Below are positions 17,902 through 26,774 of a stretch of 64,000 nucleotides of DNA, in pieces. Positions within the stretch are counted from its first letter, which is position 1. Each line of letters opens with the position of its first letter. A program made the translations under genes and the position numbers. Below the pieces are notes generated by a model. It made no database searches and was not told where the DNA came from. It saw only the letters and a list, made by a program, of their open reading frames with translations. The DNA is from Ignavibacteriota bacterium (lineage in GTDB: Bacteria > Bacteroidota > Ignavibacteria > UBA10030 > UBA6906), in NCBI GenBank assembly GCA_963801355.1, contig CAWDEM010000008.1:1600001-1664000 (forward strand), written 5' to 3'.

Positions 17902-18258
17902 CTACCCTTTCCGGGCGAGAAAATCCTCGCGGGCAGGTGTGAAAACATCCAGCAGGCTGCTCCGTTCGAGCGCTACGACACCGTGCGGTATCTCCGGCGG
18001 GATGAAGTAGCAATCACCGCCTTTCAGCACCTGCTTCTCGTCCCCGATCAGCACTTCGAACGATCCAGACTCGATATAGGTGACCTGCCGGTGCGGGTGC
18101 GTGTGCACATAGCCGACCGCGTCCTTCTCGAACTGCACGCGCACCAGCATCAACTGGTCGTCATAACCCAGGATCTGCCGGCGCACTCCGGGCCCGGGTG
18201 CCTCCCAGGCACACGCGTCTCCAGAGAGGAATCGCTTCGGATCATTCGGAGAATTCAT
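17902..18258 (-). CDS. kdgF: Cupin KdgF (unsaturated monouronate linearisation)
   Basis: GVRRQILGY, HTHPHRQVTY, PHGV and DVFTPAREDF motifs; directly downstream of PL17. Confidence 0.88.
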   Translation of the reverse strand: MNSPNDPKRFLSGDACAWEAPGPGVRRQILGYDDQLMLVRVQFEKDAVGYVHTHPHRQVTYIESGSFEVLIGDEKQVLKGGDCYFIPPEIPHGVVALERSSLLDVFTPAREDFLARKG

Positions 18259-18313
18259 GAACGTTCCTTCTCGTTGTCAGGATGCCATCGGTCGACGCCG
18301 GCCCCGCACCGTG

Positions 18314-20482
18314 TCACTGCTGCAATGCCCACGGGCCGGTCCAGGAGTAGAGTTCTCCGGCGGCGTTGATCGTGTGCCGCAGCGCGGGATCAGGCGATCC
18401 GTTCGCAACCATGAAGCGCCAGCGTAAGTCGCCCTTGCCGGTGATCTCGACCACCGTCCCCTCTTCCGTCGCGGCGATCACCCGCACGTTCTGAACGCGC
18501 GGCTGCGCGTCGTTGGAAATCTCCTGCACCGGTTCGAATTCTCCGTGGGGCTCGATCACTGACGCAAACACGGTTGACCGCGCTGCACGGCGCAAAATCA
18601 CTGCAGGCTCGTTGCGCAGGTTGAAGTTCGGGTCGTGGGCGCCGATCCGGACAAAAAATACTTCGGTCCCGGAGTCAGCCGCGCTGGTCACCGTATAGTA
18701 ACGCCGGTGCAGCAGCCACGAAAACTGGACTGTCTCATCTGTGCGTCCGGACGCCTCCCGCCAGAGATGCTGATACCCGTCGCGGGCACCCAGCGGTGTG
18801 CGCATTGCCGTCGCCGCCTCATACCGGACGTTGGTGTACACCAGCTGCCCCATATAGTAGAACGGAAGGTCGTAGACGTGCGAAGCATCGGAAACACAAC
18901 GGAAGACATCGATAACAACGGGGCGCGAAAACATCGGGCTTTGCACCAGCGCCATCGTCCGCTGCATCTGCACTCCGGGATACGCTGCGCTCTCCCGGCC
19001 GCTCATCACCTGCACGGCCGCATCGTCTGCGGCAAAGATATGCCTTACCCCGGGGGACCTCTCGCCCTTTTCCGTGCTGCCGCCGAACTGCGATCGCCCG
19101 TCCACGGTCACGGTATTGTGTGCAATGGTCTGTTTCGCCCAGGTTTTATTCTCCTCAAGGTACCGCCCGCCGAATTTCGGCTCCACGTTGATGAACCGCG
19201 CAGATCCGTAGTCCTGAATCACCTCCCGCTTCTGTTCGTACAACGAGAACCCGAGGCGGTCGAAATGCCCGTGCCCCATTCCCTGCGCGGCGTACTTGAG
19301 CACCAGCAACGACTGCTCGTCCCGCGGAAACGCGCGGAGCAATCCCACAGCGCCGCTCGTTCCCTCCGGTCCGTCACGCAACTCGACGCTCGCAAACCGG
19401 AAGGGTTGCTGTTTGCGTGCGGCGACATCCCGGGCGACCTCCAGCCCGGCACCGCTCAACATCACGACACCCTGGCGCTCTGCAATATCGAGCAATTGCG
19501 GATTGTGACCCCCCCGCGCATAGGTGACGTCCAGCGATGTCACCATTTCTTTGGCCGTGATGGCCATTTCTTTCAAGGCATCGTTGTACGGGATGAAACG
19601 CCCCGCAGGTGTGAGCTGCTGCACTCCTATCGTGAGGGCTTTGGCCAGGATGCTGTCGCGGTAGGCAAAGATGCGCATTGCGGGACGGTTGTGGTCTATC
19701 GCCTGCGCAAAGAGATAAAACGGCATCAGCGCATACCGGGTGTAGTACGGTCCTTCGGTGTAGTAGCCGTCGGGCGAGAAGAGCAGGTCCAGCTGCCGGA
19801 GGAATCCTCCTTTGCGGTCTTTCTTCGTCCCGAGCAGCGCCTTGTCAACGAGATCGGCATCCCGCAACGCGAATCCCAGCATCCCGACCGATGTCACCAT
19901 CCAGGTGCCGTGATTGTGGATGCGGTCGTACTCGGCTGCATGAGGTCCGGTGAAATATCCGGCCATCGGGCGGAGCACGGAGTTCTCGATGCGCTGCCGC
20001 TCCGCAGGGGTGAGGGCCTCATACACGCAATCGTACGCTTGCGCGACATGCACCAGCCAGACCGTTTCGTTCAGGGTTTGCCAGAAGAGACGCCCCCCGG
20101 ACTCTTCCGAGTTGGCTTTGGGATGGAGTCCGAGCGTCGGGTACAGGTCCGCATAGAGGAGAAGCATGTCACGGATAAATTGCGCGTAGCGGGATTCGCC
20201 GGTCATCGCGTACAGCACGCCGGCCGCCTGCATCTGCGTGTAGTTCAGCTTGTGGCGCTCGTGCGTGTAGCCCCCCGCATCAACCGGACGCGGCACGTCC
20301 ATCGGCTTCGTAAAAGCGTCCTCGAGCAGTGCCCGAGCGCGCGCATAAGAGGAATCAAGGAGCGGGAGCGTGCCGAGCGCCGAGTGCATCGCCTGTGCGT
20401 CACTGCGGGTAATCACCAGCGATGGGCGCGGTGGACCTGCCGCGAGTGTCGTCATCGCCACGAGGAGCGCAAGGAGACGCAT
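18314..20482 (-). CDS. Oligoalginate lyase PL17 (alginate lyase + heparinase II/III domains)
   Basis: GGYTHERHK, GRLFWQTLNE, IHNHGTW, FSPDGYYTEGPYY and GMGHGHFD motifs. Start at MRLLALL with an AAGGAG RBS. Confidence 0.92.
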   Translation of the reverse strand: MRLLALLVAMTTLAAGPPRPSLVITRSDAQAMHSALGTLPLLDSSYARARALLEDAFTKPMDVPRPVDAGGYTHERHKLNYTQMQAAGVLYAMTGESRYAQFIRDMLLLYADLYPTLGLHPKANSEESGGRLFWQTLNETVWLVHVAQAYDCVYEALTPAERQRIENSVLRPMAGYFTGPHAAEYDRIHNHGTWMVTSVGMLGFALRDADLVDKALLGTKKDRKGGFLRQLDLLFSPDGYYTEGPYYTRYALMPFYLFAQAIDHNRPAMRIFAYRDSILAKALTIGVQQLTPAGRFIPYNDALKEMAITAKEMVTSLDVTYARGGHNPQLLDIAERQGVVMLSGAGLEVARDVAARKQQPFRFASVELRDGPEGTSGAVGLLRAFPRDEQSLLVLKYAAQGMGHGHFDRLGFSLYEQKREVIQDYGSARFINVEPKFGGRYLEENKTWAKQTIAHNTVTVDGRSQFGGSTEKGERSPGVRHIFAADDAAVQVMSGRESAAYPGVQMQRTMALVQSPMFSRPVVIDVFRCVSDASHVYDLPFYYMGQLVYTNVRYEAATAMRTPLGARDGYQHLWREASGRTDETVQFSWLLHRRYYTVTSAADSGTEVFFVRIGAHDPNFNLRNEPAVILRRAARSTVFASVIEPHGEFEPVQEISNDAQPRVQNVRVIAATEEGTVVEITGKGDLRWRFMVANGSPDPALRHTINAAGELYSWTGPWALQQ

Positions 20483-20493
20483 GGATACTCCTT

Positions 20494-21240
20494 TCACGAG
20501 AAGTATGTTCCGCCGTTGATGTCCACACAAGCTCCCGTGATGAACGAGGCTTCGGCCGAAGCAAGATACGCCACAAGTTCGGCGACTTCGGAAGCTTCTC
20601 CTTCTCTGCGCAGCGGGGTACCCGCCGCCACGCGCTCTCGCACTTCAGGTTTGGTGAACACGTTGTGGAACGTTGTATTGATCATTCCCGGGGCAACACA
20701 GTTCACCCGGATCTTGCGCGGACCGAGTTCTTTCGCCAGGCCGCGCGTCAGGGTCATCACGCCGCCTTTCGCCGTGGCGTACGCAATCGCGCCCGGCCCG
20801 CCGCCGTCGCGGCCTGCCTGCGAGGCGAAATTCACGATCGCTCCGCCTTCCGGCATGTGGGGCAACACTTCCCGGGTCACGAGAAACACACTGCCGAGGT
20901 TTAGCAGCTGGACAAACTCCCAGAACTTCTGATCCATCTCCGCCATCGTCTTCCGGGCGACGAGCCCGCCTGCAACATTCACGAGGATGTGGATCGAGGC
21001 ACCAAAATGCTCCAGTGTCTCTCTGACCAGCCGTTGTACATCCTCAGGGCGCGTGACGTCCGCCTGCAGCGCGACGGCTTTCCCCCCCGCAGCGGCAATT
21101 ATCCGGACGGTTTCCTCAGCGTCTCCGGGATTGTCAAAATAGTTCACAGCAACCGCCGCTCCACGCCGGGAAAGATTCAGGGAGATCGCGCGGCCGATGT
21201 CCCGCGCTCCACCGGTAACCAAAGCAACACTGCCTTTCAT
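20494..21240 (-). CDS. SDR oxidoreductase, probable DEH reductase of the alginate pathway
   Basis: VTGGARDIG, NVAGGLVAR, SQAGRDGGGPGAIAYATAKG, PGMINTTFH and DINGG motifs; alginate-locus context. Start at MKGSV with an AGGAG RBS. Confidence 0.8.
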   Translation of the reverse strand: MKGSVALVTGGARDIGRAISLNLSRRGAAVAVNYFDNPGDAEETVRIIAAAGGKAVALQADVTRPEDVQRLVRETLEHFGASIHILVNVAGGLVARKTMAEMDQKFWEFVQLLNLGSVFLVTREVLPHMPEGGAIVNFASQAGRDGGGPGAIAYATAKGGVMTLTRGLAKELGPRKIRVNCVAPGMINTTFHNVFTKPEVRERVAAGTPLRREGEASEVAELVAYLASAEASFITGACVDINGGTYFS

Positions 21241-21251
21241 CCTGTTGACTC

Positions 21252-21974
21252 CTATGACTTGCGAGATTGTACTTGAAGCATGTGCCGTGCGTGTTCCTCG
21301 GCAATGCGCAAGTGTTCTGCCATGGTATCGCGCGCACCGTCGACATCCGCCGCAACGATCCGCTCGGTGATGCGGGAATGCCATTCCAGCGCGGATTCGC
21401 GCGCATGCTCGACCGTGGCGTACACGGAGGACTTGATTTCGGGCATGAGACGATGAATGGGATCGATAATCAGGGGCATCAGCGGATTCTGCGATGCCCG
21501 TGCGATGTCAAGATGAAACGCCATGTCCAGACCCGCTAGCTGCAGGTAGTCCTCCGATGCATTCCGCAATTCCTCCACATCCTGCCGGAGCTTGAGAATG
21601 TCGTCGTTGGTGCGCTGCGCTGCAGCCACCGCCGCAATGGACGGCTCGATGGCCTGACGCGCCCTGATGACGTCCAGGACGAAGACCTTTTCGTAGTTCA
21701 TGCTCAGATAGAGCCTGAGCGGGTCTGTGACGGCGGCTGCGGAGAGGGTATTGATGAACATCCCCTTCCCTTTTTCAATGGTGACGAGGCCTCTTGCGCT
21801 GAGCATGCGGAGAGCCTCGCGGACCGCAGTACGGCTCACGCCGAACGATTTGCAGAGCTCCATTTCGCTGGGGAGCCGCATCCCCGGCCCCAGGAGTTTA
21901 TCCTTGATGGCCTGTTCAATCTGCTCGACGACAGTCTGGCTGAGCAGTCTGCGGGCAGCTACTTTTTGGAACAA
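21252..21974 (-). CDS. GntR/FadR-family transcriptional regulator
   Basis: wHTH RLPSEMELCKSFGVSRTAVREAL and FCD domain DMAFHLDIARASQNP. A TTG start is inferred because the 22034 start lies inside the promoter. Confidence 0.9.
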   Translation of the reverse strand: MFQKVAARRLLSQTVVEQIEQAIKDKLLGPGMRLPSEMELCKSFGVSRTAVREALRMLSARGLVTIEKGKGMFINTLSAAAVTDPLRLYLSMNYEKVFVLDVIRARQAIEPSIAAVAAAQRTNDDILKLRQDVEELRNASEDYLQLAGLDMAFHLDIARASQNPLMPLIIDPIHRLMPEIKSSVYATVEHARESALEWHSRITERIVAADVDGARDTMAEHLRIAEEHARHMLQVQSRKS

Positions 21975-22002
21975 TTTAGTTTTCCGCGAATGAGGTGGGA
22001 TG

Positions 22003-22062
22003 ATGTAACATGTATGACATCTGACAATGTGCAAATATAAAGCAGAAAAAGTGGGTTGTCAA
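22003..22062 (-). promoter_or_regulatory. sigma70-type promoter of the alginate locus with overlapping candidate FadR-type operator
   Basis: TTGACA (22062-22057), a 17-bp spacer, then TATATT (22039-22034). Downstream TTGTCAGATGTCATACATGTTACAT contains a TGT-N3-ACA palindrome. Confidence 0.7.
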
Positions 22063-22076
22063 GGGAAAAATGACAA

Positions 22077-24392
22077 TTACCGCTTGTTGAACTTGTGCTT
22101 CAAATCGTCAATCGTGAACCGCCCCGGCTTCTCCACTTCCTTCGCCACTTTCTTCGCCGCTTCCTTCACCGCTTCCTTCCCCTCCACTTTGGGCTTCGCC
22201 TTCTTGTGCGGATGATGACTCTGATGCTTGTGCCGGACACCGGGTGATTTCATCGTCAGACTGATACGCTTCAATGCCTCATTCACCTCCAGCACCCGCA
22301 CCCGTACCACCTGCCCCACCTTCACAACCTTTTTCGGATCGTCCACAAATTGATCGGCGAGCTGCGACACATGCACCAACCCGTCCTGATGCACGCCGAT
22401 GTCAACGAACGCCCCGAAGTTCGTCACATTGGTGACGACCCCTTCAAGCTCCATGCCCGGAGTCAGATCCTTGAGCTCCTTCACCCCTTCTTTGAAGGTC
22501 GCATATTTGAACTCCGCACGCGGATCCCTTCCGGGCTTTTGCAGTTCGAGGAGAATGTCCCTGATCGTCGGTTCGCCCACGGACCCGCCGACGTATTTCG
22601 ATACTTCGACGTGTTTCAGCTGTTCCGGATGGCTCCCGAGCTGATCGACGGAAAGCCCGATGTCCCGCAGGATATTCTCCACCACCCCGTAGCTTTCCGG
22701 ATGCACCGCAGAATTGTCGAGCGGATTCACGCCTCCCTGGATCCGCAGAAAGCCCGCCGCCTGCTCGAACGACTTCGGGCCGAATTTCGGTATGGCGCGC
22801 AGCTCGCTCCGGTCCTTGAACGCCCCGTGCTCCTCGCGGTATGCCACGATGTTTTTGGCGATCGCCGAGTTCACACCGGCGACATATTTCAGCAATTCGC
22901 GCGATGCCGTATTGACTTCCACCCCCACATAGTTCACGCAGCTCTGGACGGTTTCTTCCAGCCGCTTCCTCAGCAGCTTCTGATCCACGTCATGCTGGTA
23001 TTGTCCCACACCGATCGACTTTGGATCGATCTTGACCAGCTCGGCCAGCGGATCCTGCAACCGCCTGCCGATGCTCACGGCACCCCGCACCGTTACATCC
23101 AGATCGGGGAACTCCTCACGCGCCGCAGGGCTCGCGGAGTACACCGACGCGCCCGATTCATTCACCATGACATACACGGGCCGGCGCTCCAGCGTGGCCA
23201 CGGTGTCGCGGACAAACTGTTCGGTCTCGCGTCCTGCGGTACCGTTGCCGATCGCAATCAGTTCGGCATTGTGCTTAGTGACCATCTCCTTCAGCATCTC
23301 TCCGGCGCTCTGACGCTGCGCCTCGGACTGATGCGGATAGATGGTCTGATGCTCCAGAAGCTTTCCTGTGGCATCAAGTGCCACCGCCTTGCAGCCCGTG
23401 CGCAAGCCCGGATCCACTGCCAGGGTAGACACCATCCCGGCGGGCGGAGAGAGCAACAGTTCGCGTAGATTAGTTTCGAATGTCCGGATGGACTCCTTAT
23501 CGGCCTCTTCCTTCCGCATCGCCCTCACTTCGCCCACCAGGGACGGACGCATGAGACGGTCGAACGCATCCCGGACGACGGCTTTCAGATATGTGCCCAG
23601 GCCCGGCCCGCGGGCGGCGATCTCCGCCTTCTCGAGATACGCATAGACCGGTCCGGTATCGAATGTCACTTCGATCGTCAGAATATTCTCCTTTTCCCCG
23701 CGCAGCAAGGCGAGCATGTTGTGCGGGTGGATTTCCTTCACGCGCACCTTGAATGATCGGTACATTTCAAATTTGGTTGTCCCCTCTGCAAACGCCGGTT
23801 TGACCGATGATTCAAAGATTCCGTGGAGCAGAATGTACTCGCGCAGGTGCGACCGGTGGACTGCCCTGTCGGCAACTCCTTCGGCAATGATGTCCGCAGC
23901 ACCCGCAAGGGCTTCCTCGATTGTGGGCACACCCTTCTCTGCCGACACGAACGGTAAGGCCTCGGCGGCCAGGTCCAGATCCGCCGCCTCCCCAATATTT
24001 GCCGCCATGATCCGCTCCGCCAGGGGCTCCAGACCCTTCTCGCGCGCGACAGTTGCCCGTGTGCGTTTCTTCGGGCGGTACGGCAGATACAAATCCTCCA
24101 GCTCCGTCTTCTGCAAACATGCCTGGATCTGCTCGCGCAGGACATCGGTGAGTTTGCCCTGCTTTTCAATAGACTCCAGAACGGCTTTCTTCCGCTGGGC
24201 CAGGTCCATGAGGTAGGAATACCGGTCAAACAGGCTGCGCAGCTGCACCTCATCCATCTCGCCGGTGCGCTCCTTGCGGTAACGTGCGATGAACGGCACT
24301 GTTCCCCCCTCTTTCAGCAACTGCAGCGCATTGGCAACCTGGAACTGTTTGAGATTGAGCTCGCGCGAGAGAAGTTGTTCGATGTCCATCAT
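22077..24392 (-). CDS. tex: Tex-family S1 RNA-binding transcription accessory protein
   Basis: TVPFIARYRKERTG, LEDLYLPYRPK, DPGLRTGCK, LQDPLAELVKIDPKSIGVGQYQHDV motifs and an S1 domain. Confidence 0.95.
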   Translation of the reverse strand: MMDIEQLLSRELNLKQFQVANALQLLKEGGTVPFIARYRKERTGEMDEVQLRSLFDRYSYLMDLAQRKKAVLESIEKQGKLTDVLREQIQACLQKTELEDLYLPYRPKKRTRATVAREKGLEPLAERIMAANIGEAADLDLAAEALPFVSAEKGVPTIEEALAGAADIIAEGVADRAVHRSHLREYILLHGIFESSVKPAFAEGTTKFEMYRSFKVRVKEIHPHNMLALLRGEKENILTIEVTFDTGPVYAYLEKAEIAARGPGLGTYLKAVVRDAFDRLMRPSLVGEVRAMRKEEADKESIRTFETNLRELLLSPPAGMVSTLAVDPGLRTGCKAVALDATGKLLEHQTIYPHQSEAQRQSAGEMLKEMVTKHNAELIAIGNGTAGRETEQFVRDTVATLERRPVYVMVNESGASVYSASPAAREEFPDLDVTVRGAVSIGRRLQDPLAELVKIDPKSIGVGQYQHDVDQKLLRKRLEETVQSCVNYVGVEVNTASRELLKYVAGVNSAIAKNIVAYREEHGAFKDRSELRAIPKFGPKSFEQAAGFLRIQGGVNPLDNSAVHPESYGVVENILRDIGLSVDQLGSHPEQLKHVEVSKYVGGSVGEPTIRDILLELQKPGRDPRAEFKYATFKEGVKELKDLTPGMELEGVVTNVTNFGAFVDIGVHQDGLVHVSQLADQFVDDPKKVVKVGQVVRVRVLEVNEALKRISLTMKSPGVRHKHQSHHPHKKAKPKVEGKEAVKEAAKKVAKEVEKPGRFTIDDLKHKFNKR

Positions 24393-24444
24393 ATCCTGCC
24401 TCACGGTATTGTCACTCTGCTGTCTTCACGCCCGGCGTTCGGCG

Positions 24445-24771
24445 TCAGTCGCAATGGAACACTTCTTCGAGATTCGCCCACCATTCCCCCGGCTTTGCCG
24501 ACGCGACAGGCTGCTGGCAGGGATTGGTGTGTTTCCACCACTGCTGTGTAACGGGATCTGCCGCCATTTTCGCCATGTCCGCGTCGAAGTCCGTTCCCGT
24601 GTATTCGAAATACGAGAAGAGCGTGTTGTCACGGGAGTAGATCGAGTAGTTTCTGATGTTGCACGCTGCAATGGTCCGCAGCACCTCGGGCCAGGCAGCT
24701 GCATGGAGGCGTTTGTATTCCTCCAGCATTTCCGGCTTCACGCCGATCACCATTCCGTACCGTTTCATCAC
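24445..24771 (-). CDS. rhaM: L-rhamnose mutarotase family protein
   Basis: EYKRLHAAAWPEV...NIRNYSIY...LFSYFEY...QWW...EEVFH. Confidence 0.8.
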   Translation of the reverse strand: MMKRYGMVIGVKPEMLEEYKRLHAAAWPEVLRTIAACNIRNYSIYSRDNTLFSYFEYTGTDFDADMAKMAADPVTQQWWKHTNPCQQPVASAKPGEWWANLEEVFHCD

Positions 24772-24840
24772 TGTTGTTCCTCGAAGTAGGATTGTATCCG
24801 GAGGACTCTCTCCGGGATTGCGTCATGCGGGAGCTCCCTG

Positions 24841-25512
24841 TCATGTACTCCGCTTCCCATCCAGCAGCCCGAGAAGCTGCCGCGGCGATTCGAGTATCAC
24901 GCGTGCGCCGCTCCGCTTGAGTTCGTCTTTTGTCCGGAATCCCCACGCAGCTCCCATCGCGAACATTCCCGCCGAGACAGCAGTCTGCATGTCCGTCCCT
25001 GTGTCCCCGAGATACCAGAACTGCTCCGGCTCGATCTGCAGCGCATGCGCAATTGCCAGCGCACCGGCAGGATCGGGCTTCCGTGCCACACCCTCCCGCT
25101 GGCCCTGGACGATATCGAATTCAGCCCCCCGCAACATCTCCGTCACGCATTGTGCGGTGGCATCATGGGGTTTGTTGGAGAGGACTGCCATCCTGACCCC
25201 CAGCGTATGGATCTGCGAGAGCATCTCCGGGATGCCCTCATAGGGCCTGGTCTTCAGATTCCACCGCACGGCATACTCCTCTCTGAACCGGGCAAGGCAT
25301 CGTGCATGGGTCTCCCCATCCCTGTGCATTTCGGGAAGCACGCGGCCGATCAGCACCGAAGCACCATCCCCGACAAAATACCTGTACGCCTCCACCGGGT
25401 GCACGGGGAATCCCTCTCCTGCCAACACCGCGTTCACAGAATCCGCAAGATCCTCAAGCGTATCCAGCAGGGTTCCATCGAGGTCGAAAATAATTCCGAG
25501 CGGCTTCTTCAT
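24841..25512 (-). CDS. HAD-family hydrolase (phosphoglycolate phosphatase-like)
   Basis: FDLDGTLLDT, LSNKP, KPDP and YLGDTGTD motifs; TGATG overlap with the upstream gene. Confidence 0.88.
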   Translation of the reverse strand: MKKPLGIIFDLDGTLLDTLEDLADSVNAVLAGEGFPVHPVEAYRYFVGDGASVLIGRVLPEMHRDGETHARCLARFREEYAVRWNLKTRPYEGIPEMLSQIHTLGVRMAVLSNKPHDATAQCVTEMLRGAEFDIVQGQREGVARKPDPAGALAIAHALQIEPEQFWYLGDTGTDMQTAVSAGMFAMGAAWGFRTKDELKRSGARVILESPRQLLGLLDGKRST

Positions 25513-26774
25513 CAGTTCCGGCAATCGTTTAACGCTTTGAACAGCGCTTCGACGTTTTCTATGGGCACATTCGCCTGGATGTTGTGGATGGCATTGAAAA
25601 CGAACCCGCCACCCTCGTTGAAAATCCGGACGCGCTCAGTGACTTCATCGTACACCTGTGCGGGGGTGCCGAAGGGGAGCGTACGCTGCGTGTCCACACC
25701 ACCGCCCCAGAAAACGAGGTCTTTGCCATACTCCCGTTTCAGCCGCCCGGGTTCCATCCCCCGGGTGGATGTTTGCACCGGGTTGAGGATGTCGAAACCC
25801 GCCTCGATGAAATCGGGAATCAGATCCGACACGCACCCGCAGGAGTGAATGAACGTCTTCCAGGGCGTGTGCCGGTGAATGTACTCGTTGATCGTCACGT
25901 GAAACGGCATGAAGAGTTCCCGGTAGGCTTTGCGGGAGATGAACAGACTGTGCTGCGCGCCAAAATCGGTCCCCGAAACAAAGCCCGCCTGCACAAGGTC
26001 GCCCAGTGTCCCCACCAGAAGCTCAAGGTTTGCCAGCGCTACCTCGCACTGGCCTTCAAAGACTTTGAACACATAGTCGCGTCGCGCGCTGGTGGAGACG
26101 TACCATTCCTCCACGTCGCGGATGCCGTGCGTCTGTTTCCGACCGAGGGCGGGGACGAGAGCGATATCGCCGAAGGCAGCACCCGGGATGCCCACGACCG
26201 CGCCCTTCCGTGCAGCCAGGGAGCCCTCCGCCTGGCCGCGCAGATGTGTCAGGTCCTGCTCGGACAGCAGAGTGAATTCCTCCAGGTTGTTGCGGGGATC
26301 GAGTTCCTCCTCCACTACCGGCTCCTGGCGTGAAATTGCATCGAAGAAGTACCCGTCGCGAGGCATCCTGGCGCACGGCGGAACGGAAGTGTCTCCCTCG
26401 GGATACATCAGCAGGTCGCCGCCGGCGTCCGCTTTCACGTTGAAATTCTCCGGCACGAGGACGTCCGTCCCGTCGAACAACTGAAACGGTTTCCACCCCC
26501 GGTTTTCAAACCCGAACATATTGGTGCGGGCATAGACGCCGACCACATCAATGCCGAGGGCTTCCCGGAGTTCTTCGTCGACTTCCCCCAGCATCTGGTA
26601 GGGCTCGATCACGCGCACGCGGTACCCGGGATCTCCCAGCAGTCGCGCCCGCAACTTCGCAACGATGCTGGCAGCGATGCCGGTCACGGCCGTCGCACCG
26701 AAGTCCACGCACACACGATCAACCGGCTGGTGTGCAAGCGTGGTGAGCAAACGGTCACGGGAAGTCATGCTCAT
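25512..26774 (-). CDS. URO-D/MtaA-CmuA family TIM-barrel protein (methyltransferase-like)
   Basis: TSRDRLLTTLAHQPVDRV, GTDFG, FIHSCG, FDILNPVQ, FWGGGVDTQ and GGFVFNAIHNIQ motifs. Confidence 0.82.
   Translation of the reverse strand: MSMTSRDRLLTTLAHQPVDRVCVDFGATAVTGIAASIVAKLRARLLGDPGYRVRVIEPYQMLGEVDEELREALGIDVVGVYARTNMFGFENRGWKPFQLFDGTDVLVPENFNVKADAGGDLLMYPEGDTSVPPCARMPRDGYFFDAISRQEPVVEEELDPRNNLEEFTLLSEQDLTHLRGQAEGSLAARKGAVVGIPGAAFGDIALVPALGRKQTHGIRDVEEWYVSTSARRDYVFKVFEGQCEVALANLELLVGTLGDLVQAGFVSGTDFGAQHSLFISRKAYRELFMPFHVTINEYIHRHTPWKTFIHSCGCVSDLIPDFIEAGFDILNPVQTSTRGMEPGRLKREYGKDLVFWGGGVDTQRTLPFGTPAQVYDEVTERVRIFNEGGGFVFNAIHNIQANVPIENVEALFKALNDCRN

Noticed and set aside
18635-20932. 765-aa plus-strand ORF
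   Set aside because: It is an antisense shadow of the PL17 and SDR genes, with no motifs and the composition typical of GC-rich reverse frames.
21975-22034. ORF-track N-terminal extension of the GntR regulator, and similar extensions on rhaA, hemD, hemL, the PorV-like gene and the SDR
   Set aside because: The extensions overlap promoters or upstream genes. Downstream starts have better RBS or domain boundaries.
25512-26774. Second hemE
   Set aside because: It lacks the RQAGR motif and has HSCG and GGGVDTQ of the MtaA/CmuA-like branch. The true hemE is at 55469-56509.
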